Below are positions 14,001 to 27,899 of a DNA stretch of 64,000 nucleotides, piece by piece. Positions within the stretch are counted from its first letter, which is position 1, and the number at the start of each line of letters is the position of its first letter. The notes under the pieces are model-generated. The model worked only from the letters and a program-made list of their open reading frames with translations. It searched no databases and was not told where the DNA came from. Origin of the DNA: Geosiphon pyriformis uo1 (Eukaryota > Fungi > Glomeromycota); assembly GCA_016748015.1 (NCBI GenBank), contig JAAOMT010000328.1, forward strand, positions 323,779-387,778, in the 5' to 3' direction. A program made the translations under genes and the position numbers.

Positions 14001-15105
14001 ATTCAATGTCAACTGTTCCTCTTAAGCAGTCTGTGATTTTATTATTGATGTAGAAGTTAAAGGCTGATTCTATTGGGAAATAGTTATTGTTTAATCTTAA
14101 TTGTTGGCTGTACTGTTGAAACAAGAATTTGGCGAATCTTAAATGGTTTGCTCTTATGATTTCTGATTCTGTCACTTTTGGATGATTGTTGTTGGTGTTG
14201 GTTCTCTGTAAGATTATACCTCACAGGAAGCACCAAATGTTACAGATGATTATTTGGAATCTCAAAGCAAATAACAAATCCGTAACTTGGTGCTTGGTTG
14301 GTATTTTAGTGTTGATATCTGAAGGTTTTGTTGATTTGAAGATTTTGTTGTATAGTTTTTTGTATAATGAATAGAAATTTAATAGTTGTTTTTAGTAGCC
14401 TCTCAGAATTGCAATTCTGTCAAATTTTTTTCTCAGCATGGTGGCTGGTAATTTTTCTGGGAAATTATCCTCAAATCTATGAGTGTTTTACCCTTGTTTC
14501 ATGGGTCTTTTACCAGTTCCTATGATGTCTGTATCTCAATGCTTAATTCTTAATCAATTAGTCAACCAAAAAGAAATACAAAAGAAATAAAAGAAAATAA
14601 AAGAAAATAAAGAAAATAAACAACAGCAATTGCAAGTTAGTATCCAATCAATAGCTGTAATCAAGAGCTATTGTTCCAGTGTGGTTAAGTGTTAATTACT
14701 ATCAACATGAAGTGTTGATAGTGGAAAGCAGATTAAGATGGTGAATAATTATTTATTGATAGTTGTAAATGAAATGTTTGTTTAGATCAGATCTAAACTA
14801 AAAGATCTTTAACTAAAAGAATTCTGTCTTTTCTACTTTTAGCACTATTGCTATATATACATAATTGAGATTCCTCAATTCCTCAATTCTTCACACCAGA
14901 AATTCTGGAATTCTTGGAATCTTGCAATTTTTTTTGAGAGGAATTCTGGAATTCTAGAATCCTGCGATTTCTTGTACAAGAATCTTGAAATTCCTAAAAT
15001 CCTACAATTCCCTTTGAGAAAAATCCTAAAATTTCATATTTATTATGGCTACTCCTAATTGGTTAATTTATATGCTAATATACTCCCTATATTCTATGAG
15101 TAACA
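11042..15105 (-). mobile_element. Internally deleted gypsy C element: 3' LTR 11042-11868, ORF3, integrase, gag N-terminal region, PBS, 5' LTR 14238-15105
   Basis: Paired LTRs TGTTA...TAACA. TSD CTAT/CCAT. PBS and PPT present. Lacks about 5.9 kb relative to 42390-52513, with the junction at 13784-13792. Confidence 0.92.
14219..14235 (-). promoter_or_regulatory. Primer-binding site TGGTGCTTCCTGTGAGG
   Basis: 2 nt inside the 5' LTR and complementary to a tRNA 3' end (...CCUCACAGGAAGCACCA). Eroded copies at 51573-51588(-) and 30188-30203(+). Confidence 0.85.
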
Positions 15106-16861
15106 CCATAGCAGCTTCTAATAACAATACTTTTTTAGTTTCACTATTATATAAGCATGAGAAAATGTGATCAGAATTCTCTATTTTTCCATACCTAATG
15201 CAGGCTATGCTTAAATATTTTGGATTATATAATCTCTTTCTTTTAGTCACTAACAAATAATGGTGTAATGCCTTCATAAAATATGACCAAAGTATCACTA
15301 ATAGTGAACTGGTGTAGCCAGAACAAACTCTGTCATTAGGATGCCAAATACCAAAAGTCTTGGTTATATCAAAACTTTTTGTTTTTATTATAATATTAAT
15401 TAAATAATAAAGTTGTTATATTATTAAAAATATAATCTCAATAATTATATTAAAATTAATTAAATATTTTAATTATATTTTTTTTATAAATTTTCTTAAA
15501 AATTTTTTTATTTTTATTTTTTATAAACTAAATTTTTGAATATTTCATATTTTTAATAATTAATTAAAAAAATTTTGATTACAATATTGTTATATTAGTT
15601 TTAATTTTTGGCTAATTATATTTTTTATGCTTTTATAATATTTAATTATTATTTTTTATAAAATTTTTATTAAAATTAATTCTTGTTCAAAAATAAATAA
15701 TAATAATAATATTTTTTGCTTTAATAATCTGTTTATTATTCTTCTTATTCTTTTAAATATTAAAAACATTTATATAATTATATATATACTATAATTAATA
15801 ATTATATATATTGTTTAAAAAAAACATTGTTATTGCTAAAAAAATTACTAAATTTGTGTTTTTTTCTTGGTAATAATATTTATAAAACATTTGAAAATAA
15901 ATTATATAAATTAAAACTAAATAAAAAAATATTATAAAAACAATACATAATAACTAATTAAAATTACATTATAATAAACTAATAATAATAATACAAATAC
16001 CTAAAATTAAAACATAATTATTATTAGTATTATTAAATTAAATTTTATGTAATTTATAATTAATAGTTTTAATTAAATATTATTTAAAAAATAATTAATT
16101 TTAAATTACATCAAATATAATTTTATAAGCATAAAAATTTGTATAAAAAAATTTAAATAATAATCAAAAACTAAAATAATAATACATATTTTAAAAAACA
16201 TTAACAGTATAATTTAATAATTATTTAAAAGCTTATAACAATTTAATTTAAATTTAAAAATCATAATTAGGAAGTTCTTAAAACAAAACAATCTAGTCAT
16301 ATAATTAATTATTTTTGATTAGCAATATATAATATAAATTAATAAAATTAATTTTAATAAATTTTGACTAACAAAATTAATTTATTAATTTATATTAATA
16401 ATATATAAAAGTAAGTAAAAAAACGTTTAATTTTATTATTACAAATTAGTCAAAAAACTTATTAATTGTTTTTTTTTGTAAAGTTAAAACTACTTTAATT
16501 TTTTATATATATTACTATTTTATTATTAAAAAATAATTATAAATTGTTTTTATTATTCTTTAAAAACAGGTTTTAATGCTTTTTTTAAACATGTAACAAA
16601 TTTTTTTACTTTATTTATGTTTTTTTGTTTTTTAAATTATAAGACTAATTTCTAGTTTTTTTAAATTATTTATTTATTTTCAATCAATTTTTTTCTGTGG
16701 TTTTTTCAATTTTTTGATATTAATATTATTAAGCTATAAGATTAATATACCTTTAAACTACTTTTTTTAAAGGTTTTTTGAAAATTCTTTTATATCTTAA
16801 ATGTTAAAATATTAATATTATTACAAAATTATTTATAAAAAACATAATAATAAGAAAGCAT

Positions 16862-17888
16862 TATTATAAATAAACTTGGTAAAATATTGTGATAATGTTT
16901 AATGTTCTAAATTTAAATAAAAAGCTATAGAATTTTCTTTAATTGCACAGAAAGTATGTTGGAGTTTATCAATCTCTGAAAATTTCTGTTATATATAAAT
17001 TTACATATAAAGTTTTTTGGTTATAAGACACAAAAATACATTTTGGCAGTTTGTAATTGTAAATATAAGCTATTTTTTCTGAGTTAATCGAATACAGTCA
17101 CTAGAATCTGGTATTATTTTTTTTACTTTTCTAATAAGTTAACAAAATAAAATTAATATTTAAACTTAGAAAAAACTTTTTTTTTTATTAAAATATCATG
17201 AAGTTTATTTTTAAACAGTCAATTTTTTTTGTTGGTGTTCTATAGAAAGAAAAAAAGAATTAAAAAAAAACAAAAAAAACAAAAAAAAACAAAAAAAACA
17301 AAAAATTAAAAAGAAAAAAAAAGAAAAAAGAAATTAATATTATTAATTATCATAATTAAGAGCAATTAATCCAAGTTATTAGAGTTCTGAAGCTGTTTAT
17401 GCTAATAATATTTGGCTTAAGACAAAGATAAGAAAAACAATTAATTTAATTTTAACAACACAAATTTTGTAATTATATACAAGTAAATTAAATAATATTT
17501 TTATTTAATAATAAGATAAAAAGATTTTATTAAATTTAAAGCTAAAATATGTTTTTTTGGAAATAGAGAGAGGAATTTTTTTTTATATTTTTTTTATTTG
17601 TTAAAACTATTTGTTTTTATATATATTTTTTAATTTTACAAGATTGCTTTTAATGTTTGTTATTATTAATTATTGCTTATTATTTTTGTTATTGCTTTAT
17701 TTTTTTATGTTATAACTAATTATTCTATATTATAATTAATTATTTTGTGTTATTTTATATTATTTTGTATTATTTTGAGTTATTACATGTTATTTTGTGT
17801 TATTTTACATTATTATATTTTTCTATATTATTATGTATTAATTACCTTTTTTTAATAGCTTTGAATTGGTTTTTCTATTCAAGTAATA
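16862..17888. mobile_element. Solo LTR, family B
   Basis: Eroded termini TATTATA...AGTAATA. Perfect 4-bp TSD GCAT. Confidence 0.88.
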
Positions 17889-17899
17889 GCATGTATTAG

Positions 17900-20800
17900 T
17901 AAAAAAATTTGTATTATATTCTGTAAATAAAAGTTTTGGTACTTTTTTTTTTCTTGCAATTTTTTTAAACTAGTATACACTTTTTTTGCAATAAGTTTTT
18001 GGACAAAAAAAAATTAGTGAATTTTAATAAAAATTTTAAAACTTAAATTGTTAATAGAGATTGTTTTAAAATAAAAATTAAGAACAGCTTTTTTTACAAT
18101 AATCTCTTTTTTAATATTAACTTTTAAAATTATATAGTATATATTTATAATAAAAATAATAATAATAATTAGTAAATATAATAATTAACAAATGATTAAA
18201 ATATAAATAAAAAGATAATAAAAGCAATTAAAAAAATATAATATTTAATAAAAACTCTAAATTCAAAAAATTGGTTATAAAAAACAACAAAATAAATATT
18301 ATTAATAAGATTATATGTATAAAAAGTTTTTGTTTTGAGTTTATTATAATAAGACTTAAAAAAATTTATTAAAATTCTTAAAAAAAAAAGAATAAATATT
18401 GTTAAGTTTAAAGTATCTATTTATTGAAATTGTTTAAATAATTTTTTAAAATATAATTTGTATTTATTTAAATTAAATAGTTAGTTATAACATTTCAAAT
18501 AGTATTTATACAGCTAATTTAAATTGTTTTATATATTGTTTATATTATTTTATTAAGAATTAAACTATAATAAATGTTTTAATCTATGTTTAAACAATAT
18601 ATACCATATAAAAAATAACATTATATTTTTGCTTTTCTTTATAAAGGCCAAAAAAATAGCTATAATATATTTTGTTTTAATATTATTTTGATCAAAAAGC
18701 ATATATTATAGAGTCTAATAAAAAGTAAATATTTAAATAACCTTTAATTTTGCTGTAACTGTTTTATTTTTTTTTTTATTAACAAAAAAATGTTTATTAA
18801 TATTTTAATATCTATGATTATTATAAATATATATAATAAATAAATACTAATTATGTTTACATTAAATTTACAGATTGTTTTAAAATTGTAAAACAAAAAT
18901 TATAGCAAAATTTTCAAATAATAAATTGTCTTACCTAATAGTTTTTTTAACTAAAAACTTATTGATATTAAAAATATTAGTTTTTAGATTAACTTTATCA
19001 ATAAGATAAAAATTTATTAAATTTATAAGTTTGTGTTTAATATTAAAAACTTCTTAAATTTAAAAATATTTACCACCCAAATTTTCATATGATTATTTAA
19101 TTTTTTTTTAAACAATATTAATAATTATTTATGGTTTATAATTTTTAAATGCTTTTTAATAATAATATTTTAACAAATTTTAACTGTTTTTATATATTAT
19201 ATTTATCAAAAAAGTAATTATAATTAAAAGTATCTTTTATTTTTTTAATTCAAATTTTTATTGTTATAATAAACCAAATTAATTTTATTTTAGTTTTGTA
19301 ATTAATAGAAAGCTGCTTTTAAGTTATGTAAAAATTTTTAAAAAGAATATTATTTTTATATTCACTTAATTTTTAAAGTTTTAAAAAGTTAATAAACATA
19401 TGTTTTTTATTTATTATTATTTATTTACTTATTTTTATTAAATTTGATCCAAAAATTGTTAATAAATATTTAATTATTATTAAATTTTTTAATAAAAAAT
19501 TTATATAATTTGGTAATATTAAAATAATATTTACAAAAATTTAACATAATAATAAAAATATCTTAAATAAAAATAACAAAAAAAAAGACATAATATAATA
19601 ATAAGTTTAATTTTAATAACAAAAAAACAGAGATAATAACAATAAAAAATACATAATAATAAAAGTTTTAACAATATTTTTTTATTTTAACAAGTGCAGC
19701 CCAATCACTATCTAGTATACAGAATCGTTTTAACAATATAAAAACAAAAAAAACATATATAATAAAAAAAGTTTTTTAGTAAGTTTTATTAACAAAAAAA
19801 AATAAGAGATTTAAAAAACTTATATTTATAGTAATTTTAATTTTAAATACTTTCAAAAAAACTTTTGTTAATATATAACTATATTGTTTATTATTTTGTA
19901 ATTGACCAATTAAATTATATTTATACTTAATCACAATTTTATTTTTAGCTAATTTGCTTTGCTTTAAGAATTTTTTATAATTAGTAGTTTTAAAATAACA
20001 TATATATAAAAAATAATAAAAAACTTTGATATAAAAAAAAATTTTATTTATATACTATTATTTTTAAATACAATAATAAATTTATTAATAAAATCATTAA
20101 AAAATTAAAAATAATATTGAACAATATATTAATAATAAAAAAAGTAAACATAATAAAATTGATATTAAATATATTTAAAAATTTAAAGCAAAATTTCCAA
20201 TTAATTATTGCTATTATTAACTTAAAAAACACTTAAATATATAAATATTATACTTAAAAAACTTAATTAAAATATTTAACAAAATAATAATTAATAATAT
20301 TAAATAATTAATTAATTTATAGTTTCAAAAATTACAATAATAGGTTAACAATATAATATTAAATTACTATAACAATATAAAATTCAATAAAAAATTTAAC
20401 TTCAATTTTTATAAAGCTTAATTTTAAAAAAAATAATAATATTATGATTTAAGAATTTAATAAAAATCATAAAACAATATAATAGCAATAAATACTAATA
20501 GTGTAATAATAATAAATACTATATTAAAATATTAAAAAATAGAGTATTATAATATGTTTTTTTGTAAAATTACAAATATATATATATATAATAGTTTTAA
20601 TATTAAGAAAAAAGCATTTTTTATATTAATTATTTTTTAGTTTTTACTATTAAAATAAATTTTTAAATAATTAAAAAAAATAAAAAATAAAAAATAAAAA
20701 TAAAAATTAAATTATTATAATAAACTTATTAAAACACTTACTTGTATTTATTTATTAAATAAAACTATTATTTTTCAACTGAATTTTTTAAAAAAATAAT

Positions 20801-21650
20801 CTTTAATTAAGATTATTTATATTATTAAATTAAAGCTTTATTATAAAATTAAAAAAAAACACTAAAAAATTATTAAATATTTTATGTTTTTAAATAAAAA
20901 AACATTTTAGACAATTGCAAAAATAGTTTTAAAAAAATTCTCAACAACAACAGATAAATTTTAGATTAATTTTTAAGAAGAAATATATAAATACATAATA
21001 ATAATTAAAATTTAAAAAAAAAACTTATATTATAATATTAGTATTATTATACACTTAAAATTAAGAAGTATTAACAATTAATATACTAAAAAAATACTTT
21101 TATAATATTATCTATTAATTTATTATTTTAATTTATAATAGTATTATTGACAATTTAAAAAATAATATTAATATATTTTAATACTTTTTTTGGTTTTAAT
21201 TTTAAAATTGTAAAAACAAAAAATTGGTAATAAATTTTTTAGTTTAAATTATTAAAAACTGGTAAAATAATGATTAAAAACATAAAAACATATTAATTTT
21301 TAATGTTAACATTTTTTTTTAAAATTTAAGCAATAATAATATTTTTAAAATATTATTTGCTTTATATAAAAGATAAATTTAAAACCATTATTTAATTTAA
21401 GTTATTACAAAATGCTGTTAATAATTTTTATTTTCAATTATAATTTTTCAAAAATTTATGATAATTACAAAAAATCAATTTAAATTTTAATTGTTTAACT
21501 TTTAATTAATTTTTAATTTAATATCAAAGTTTACATAGTATAATTACCAAAAATAACAATTTAAAATGAATAATATGCTTTTAATGCTTAAAAACTATAT
21601 TGTAAAATTAATAATTTGTGTTGTTTTAAGTGTTTTTTGAAAATTTTTGT
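17900..21650. other. Extremely AT-rich, unclassifiable DNA (probably fully eroded TEs)
   Basis: Almost no G or C, no ORF with recognisable motifs, and the same composition as the most eroded recognisable TE relics. Confidence 0.45.
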
Positions 21651-23169
21651 TGAAAATTTGTTTAAATAAAATCAATTTTTGCATTTACCAAATAATGTCC
21701 AAATATAAGAAGTATTAAAGTAATATTGATACCAATTTATTAAAAAATAGGCCAAACAAATTGAAAAACTTTTGCAATTCAACCAAAATAATAATATTGT
21801 TGCAAAATGTAAAGTAATTTTTAAATGACATAAAGATATTTCAGAATGCACATTTGTCTTCACAAACAATATTTACTTAATAACATTAATCAAGCTTTGT
21901 GAATTGCTAAATGAGTTGATAAAAAAAATGTAAGATAAAGATGTTTTTCATAATTTCACTTTTAAGATTTGATTGGAAGAATCGAATGTCTCTACTTATG
22001 TTAATGATTATCATAATTCTAAACTGGTATGAGTTTATTTCCTATATACAAACTGCAGAAATGATGATTAATGAATAAAATTCCAACCTAGTAATAACAA
22101 AATTTCTGGCACTATGGAAAATGAACGCATAGCGGAAAAGCTTTCGTGATCCGGAAGGCTATGCTAAAACCTGAGGTAAAAATGATAAAACTAAGAAATT
22201 AGAGCAAACTAAGAAACAATTAAAGAAAGAAAGCGAATTTCTCTTAAATGATTAATTCTGAAAATCAGGGATAACAGCGATAGTATTTGTGGCACTGAAT
22301 AAGAAAAAACACAAATTAAGCCAACATAACGGCCAAGGTAGCGTCATCCTAATGTTCACTTTTTCTGGTTTTGTTGCAGCGCACCCCATAATAATTTTTG
22401 CTATTTTATATTCATATTATAAAATTTGGTTCGATGATTATCAAAATCGTAGCTACCAGAATTAATTCCCGAAAGTGTTTCCGGCCGATCAGTTGACAGG
22501 AAACCCAATCCGTTATTATGGTGTCTCCCCTCTAGTTGTTCCTAAAGATGTCAAAGTTACAGTGTCATGTTCACTTGATACCAAATAATGAGGAAAATAG
22601 GATTCTTTGGTAACATTTGCCGATTCAAATAAAACAAAGGACCCCTTTTATTTGATTGCAAAAACTAGAATCACGGAAAATCCTGACCCGTTGCGTGTTT
22701 CAAAAACTAAAAATTTACCAAGTTGGCAGAATTTTGTTATATCCTCACGATAAATATCTTTTGGGAAAATTTTAAAGAAAACCCTAACTAGAAATTTTCA
22801 AATGCTGAAAAATCTCTCAACTAAAAAAAAAGAAATTTCTCTGTTAACAAAATCCCTTAATGGCTCAAATCCATTGAGTTTTGATCCAAAGTGAAAAAAA
22901 CTTTGCTTTGTTTGTGATGATAATCGAAGATTTTATTTATAAAACGATAAACAGTAATAGTTGAAGAACCCGATAAGAATCCTGACTCTGTAAATTCCTT
23001 TTGATTCAAATATTCTCGAGTTCTTTTTGGGTAAGAAATAAATTAATCAAATTCAATTGACGACATCAAGTCATCCAGAAAATATTATGAGAAAATTGTG
23101 GAATTTCAATCAGCATTATTTCCTTTGGTTCAAAAAAATTTTCAGTATCTAATTTAAAAATTTAAAACC

Positions 23170-24794
23170 ATGTCAAGGATATCATTATTACTATCATCAT
23201 CATCATCGTCATCATCACGAATTTATTATTCATTTTCTTCTTTGGCTTCGTTATTATTACTATTACTTTTTCAACTCATCGTTCTACCTAAACCTAAAAT
23301 ACATGCACAATGCTTCGATTATAATCCATTGAATTTTCGTGATCGAACACCTGTGGTTTGTCCATGGGTCAAAAATGAAAGTCCCTCTCTCCAAAAGCGT
23401 GAGATCGATTCAAAAAACATGTTGCAAATTACATTTACATGTGGAATAAATGACCAGGAAAAATGCAATAAAGTACAAAGAGCATTCACTACCGCTGGGG
23501 GAATAATAACAGCCACTTTGATGTTACACGTTCCGATTTTAGTTAATGCTACTTTTTTGAATTTTTGTGACGCCAAGTCTTCAGTCGTAGTCAATACAGG
23601 ACCGGCAGGGTCTTGTGGTGGTTCGAACGTTGGATCCCTAACGATTGGTGAGTGTTATCAAAAAAGTTCTCCAATAATTAAATCTTGTAACTGATCCTTT
23701 CTTAGGGGGAGCAGCACCAACACGAACAATTCCAATGCAAGATGAAGACGGGAAAGAACGTTTATACCCACAATCCCTCGTAAAGCAATTCAACTTCACA
23801 AAACATCGCGCATATGCTGGATTCGATATCACGGCTCAGTTCAATGCTATAGCCGATTTTTGGTTCGATGACGATTCATATCCAATAGGTCCGAACCAGG
23901 CCGATTTTCTCCGTTTGATTCTTCATGAATTAATGCATGGTCTCGGCTTCATCTCCAGCTGGGACGATTATCTCAATCGAACTCCACAAGCTTTAACACC
24001 TGAACTCAACCCTGATCCTGTTGACTTTCAGTTTAAATTCATCGAATATGCGTTTGATCAGTATATGGTAATCATACCACAAAGCGAAAAAGCCTCGGCT
24101 TACACTGATATACAAAATTCGTTTGCTGATCGAGTAAGATTCGCATTCAATACCCTTGAAGGGTTCACCGCGGCATTCTTTCAATCCCCCGAGTACCAGA
24201 GTGCCAAAAAAATGTTCCAATTTGGAATTACCCCAAAGAATCTAGGGTTTTTGCCAAAAGGAAATTCAGAGGTCGTTTTGTTGGAGACAAGTTTAAATCC
24301 TTATCAGTTAGGGTCGAGTATCAGTCATGTGGATTTTGAGACTTATGGAGGAACTAGCGACTTTTTAATGAGATATTCTCAGGATCCTGGGGTTAGCCTC
24401 CAGGATGCAATCTTGATGGGTGGGAATTATTCCGGTGGTCCTATCGGACCTAAATTGAGGTTAATTCTGGAGACATTAGGGTGAGTTCTCTATTCGAATA
24501 TTTGAATCCACATGTTTAATTTCTAAATTTAAATTTCATATTAATAGATATACAATACAAAAAAATCAAAATCCCTACCAACCACCTCCATCATCAAAAA
24601 GAAATTCCTATAGCTATACATCTAATGCGTCCCAATTAATAGAAAAATCTACCATGGGCTCAAGATCCATATATTTACTGACAACGATTATCTTTTCGAT
24701 CTGGTATTTCAAAGAATACAGCCAAGGAAATTTTTCAAATAAGATTTGGGTTAAAGATGAATATTTTTTATTCACCAAGGATCCGCATCTATAA
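23170..24794 (+). CDS. Secreted or membrane-anchored zinc metalloprotease-like protein, 499 aa; exons 23170-23647, 23706-24480, 24548-24794
   Basis: Introns 23648-23705 (GTGAGT...CTTAG) and 24481-24547 (GTGAGT...AATAG) join in frame to give 1500 nt ending in TAA. N-terminal hydrophobic segment, LQKR dibasic site, HELMHGLGF, GSSISHVD, DFLMRY, Ser-rich stalk and a C-terminal hydrophobic stretch. CpG is retained. Confidence 0.9.
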
Positions 24795-25670
24795 AAGATT
24801 TTGGGACAACTCATATTCGAAATTTCGTCAAGTCAGTAAAAATCACCGGGGTTTAAAATCTTCCATTAAAGCTTTTTCAAGTGGACAAAAAACTCGTAGC
24901 TAAATAAAATCTTTCCAAGTTCACTCACAGGGAATGTCTGAAACTTAAAACTCGATTAAATATATTGCATTGATTCGCTATCCACGATGGAAGAGAAATA
25001 GTTTCACACTTTTATTTATTAACAATTTATCATAGTTTGCAAGAATTAATTCAACCGACAAAAAATTATGCTTGGACAATTAGAAAGATGACATTATTTT
25101 ATTTGAAATTCAAGCAGAATTTCGCTTTGTTATAAAACTTAAAAATTAACATTTTTGTAATTTTAAATTTAACCAGCTGTAATAATCATTGCACTCAATT
25201 GTAGGAATTTTTCATATTAATTGTGATGTTATTATATTAATATATTTTCATTATCCATTAAAATAAGATTTAAACTAAAATGAGCTGTAAAAATTGTTAT
25301 TATATAAATGGCAATCAAGTTTGTTACAAATAACTATTACATAATTACAATTAATTAATTGAAACTATTAATAAATAAATATGTTTATATGATTTAAAAT
25401 TATAAATGTAATAAAAAAATGTTTTTTTTTAAAGTATCTGAACATTTTTTGCAATAAAAAATTACTTATTGGTATTTTATATCTTTTTTTTTTGATTTGT
25501 ATTATAAAAATTAATTTAAAAAATTTGGCTTGTTTTTGTAATTTATTAAATAAATAAACAATTAAAAAGTACAATAATATATGTCATTAATTTTAAAAAT
25601 TGCCAAGCAAAACATAAAACAATAGCAACAATATTATTTTATTAACAAGTATAAAACTAAGAAGAAAAAA

Positions 25671-27690
25671 CTTTTTTCTTTTCTATGTTCCAAATTTCTG
25701 AAAAAGTACAATATTTTGAAGAAGTTTTTTCTGTTTTTAATTTTTTCTTACTATTTAGTTAGATATTTCCAAATTCTTTTTATTTGAATATAAGACTGCT
25801 AATACTAGCAACAGTTTGAGTATAAAAAATCCAAAATAAGTCTGGTGTTAATTCTATAGTTTCAAATTTGTCTGTTAAAAAAAAGTGTAAAAGTGGTGTT
25901 TTAAAGAAATCTGTTGTTAAAATCAATGTTAATATTTCTTAAAAATCATTTAAAACTGATAGAACTAGTAATTTAACTGTTAACAATACTACTAATATAA
26001 AAAACATAAATATAAAAAAGGAGTTTTTTGTTAAAAAACCAGCTTTTAACTTAATAATAATAATAAATTAGAACAAAAAAATATTGATATAACTTCTAAA
26101 AAACCAAAAAAAATTATTATTAAATGTGTTCTTAAAAAGTCTTTTAAATAAATTAATTTTAATATTAATAGTAATAATAAAAGTAATATTTTGAATAAGT
26201 CTCTTTTTTTTTCTTTTTTTTTTCTTAAGTTTTTGGTTTATATTCTAATTTACAAGTCATTTGTTTGAGACATCAATTTTTTAGTCATTACTAAAAAATC
26301 AACTTAGAATAAATTAAAGATTATTAAAAACATATTCTTTAATGTAAATGGTTTTAGAAGATCTCTATTCTTTCAAAATTTGGTGGAATTATTCAAATGT
26401 CTTTTATTTTTAAAAAAACTATGTTGACTATAACTAATTTGATTAATAATTATAGTGTTATAATAAAAATTAATCTTAAATATTCAATAAATAATTGTAT
26501 AAATTAATTATCATAAAAAAAAATCTTGTAAGAACTATAAAGATTATACAAACTGTATTTATTAATTATAGTATTATTAAGTCAATCAAAATAGTTTATT
26601 CTTATTAAAAAAAATATGATCTGTATAATTAAAACGAATATTAATAAACAAACATAGGATTTCAAAAATAAATTTAGGTTTTGTTTATACACTTTTAATA
26701 AAAACAATTATTTATAATTTATTGGTTTAATTAGCAAAAAATTGTGTATTATTAATTACAATTTAGTTAACTATATTTATGCTAAGTATACTATTGTGTA
26801 TTTTAACTTTAAAAAAAAATTAATTAAAGCAATAGCTATAATTTCTGTTATAAAAAATGTTATTTTTTATTGGTTTTGTTTGTTTTTGGCTTTGTTTAGT
26901 CTGTAGTAAGCTTAACCATATTTTTTTAATTGTTATTTAATAAATAATGTGTTAATATTTTAAAAAAAAGAGCTTTTTTTTTAACTTTAAACCAGTTTAA
27001 ATTGGCCAAAATCTACAAAAAAAAATATGCTTTTATTGTTTGTTCAATAGCTTTTAGTAGTAAAACCTGAATATTTGTAGTTAATAAATCTTTTTTTCTG
27101 GTATTATTTGATGGTTTTTTTCAGTATTATTGGAAATTTTTGGGTCATTTTTCTTGATTGTTGTTAATATTTACTTGTTATTAATTTATAATTATTGAAA
27201 GTTAGTAAATCTCTGATAACTAAATTTATCTTTAAATTATCTCTTATAATTTAAACTACTGGACTTATCAATAAAATGGCCAATTTTGTATCAATTACTT
27301 TAATAGTTATATTGTAGTAAATATTAACTTTTTACTAAAAATTACTTATCTAAAAGCTTACTAAAAATGTGTAGTTACTTTGCTGTGAAAGTTAACTCTT
27401 TTACAAGAATCTTGTCTGTAAATTATCTTAATGATTATAATTAAAAAAATAAAAAAATAAAAAAAAATAAGATTTTATTAAAAGAATTGTTTCTAGTTTA
27501 AATCTGAAGTTATTAACAGCTTACTAAAATTAATAACTAATCAATTTCAAAATATTAGTTGGATATCAGAGAATTTTAAGTGTAATTACTGAAAAAATTG
27601 GTTTTTTAAAGTATATTTTATTTTGGGTTGTAGTATTAAAAATGAATTTAAAAAGTAAAATTGTTATTTTCTAATAAGATATATTTTTTT
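25671..27690 (+). mobile_element. Degenerate LINE-ORF1-like element, probably a second ORF1-only family
   Basis: A-run followed by a pyrimidine-tract 5' end. Relic KSFV.DINF...NVNGF...SKFGGIIQ at 26250-26400. Eroded acidic tail at ~27430-27475. No ORF2 motifs seen afterwards. Confidence 0.6.
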
Positions 27691-27899
27691 GAAGAAAAAA
27701 ACTTTTCTTTTATATAACTTATTATAGTACTAATCTATAAACTTGCATTTTTTTTTGCTATAATTTCAACAAACTTAAGGTATATTTTGATAAACTATAA
27801 GTTGTTTCTATAAATTATGAATAATTTTGGTGAATTATTAAAATATTTTGCGAATTTTTACAAATTTTAACAAATTTTTGAATATTATAGAGTTTGGGA

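Larger units (their letters stand above)
9419..15360 (-). mobile_element. 3' end of a LINE (poly(A) tail, 3' UTR, ORF2 C-terminus) interrupted by an LTR B and a gypsy C derivative
   Basis: T-rich tail at 9419-9440. ORF 15068-15298(-) YFMKALHHYLLVTKRKRLYNPKYLSIACIRYGKIENSDHIFSC resembles the RT zinc-binding C-terminus (zf-RVT-like). Probably continues as eroded DNA beyond 15360. Confidence 0.7.

Noticed and set aside
4166-21869. Short I/K/N/F/L-rich ORFs (4166, 6181, 20044, 21672) and ORFs antisense to TE genes
   Set aside because: Composition artefacts of AT-rich or TE DNA, with no motifs.
23170-24484. ORFs 23170-23694 and 23735-24484 as two genes
   Set aside because: They join in frame through a canonical 58-nt intron.
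27443-27468. A-rich run as a retroposon poly(A) tail
   Set aside because: The periodic T pattern and position match eroded Glu/Asp codons of the acidic tail.
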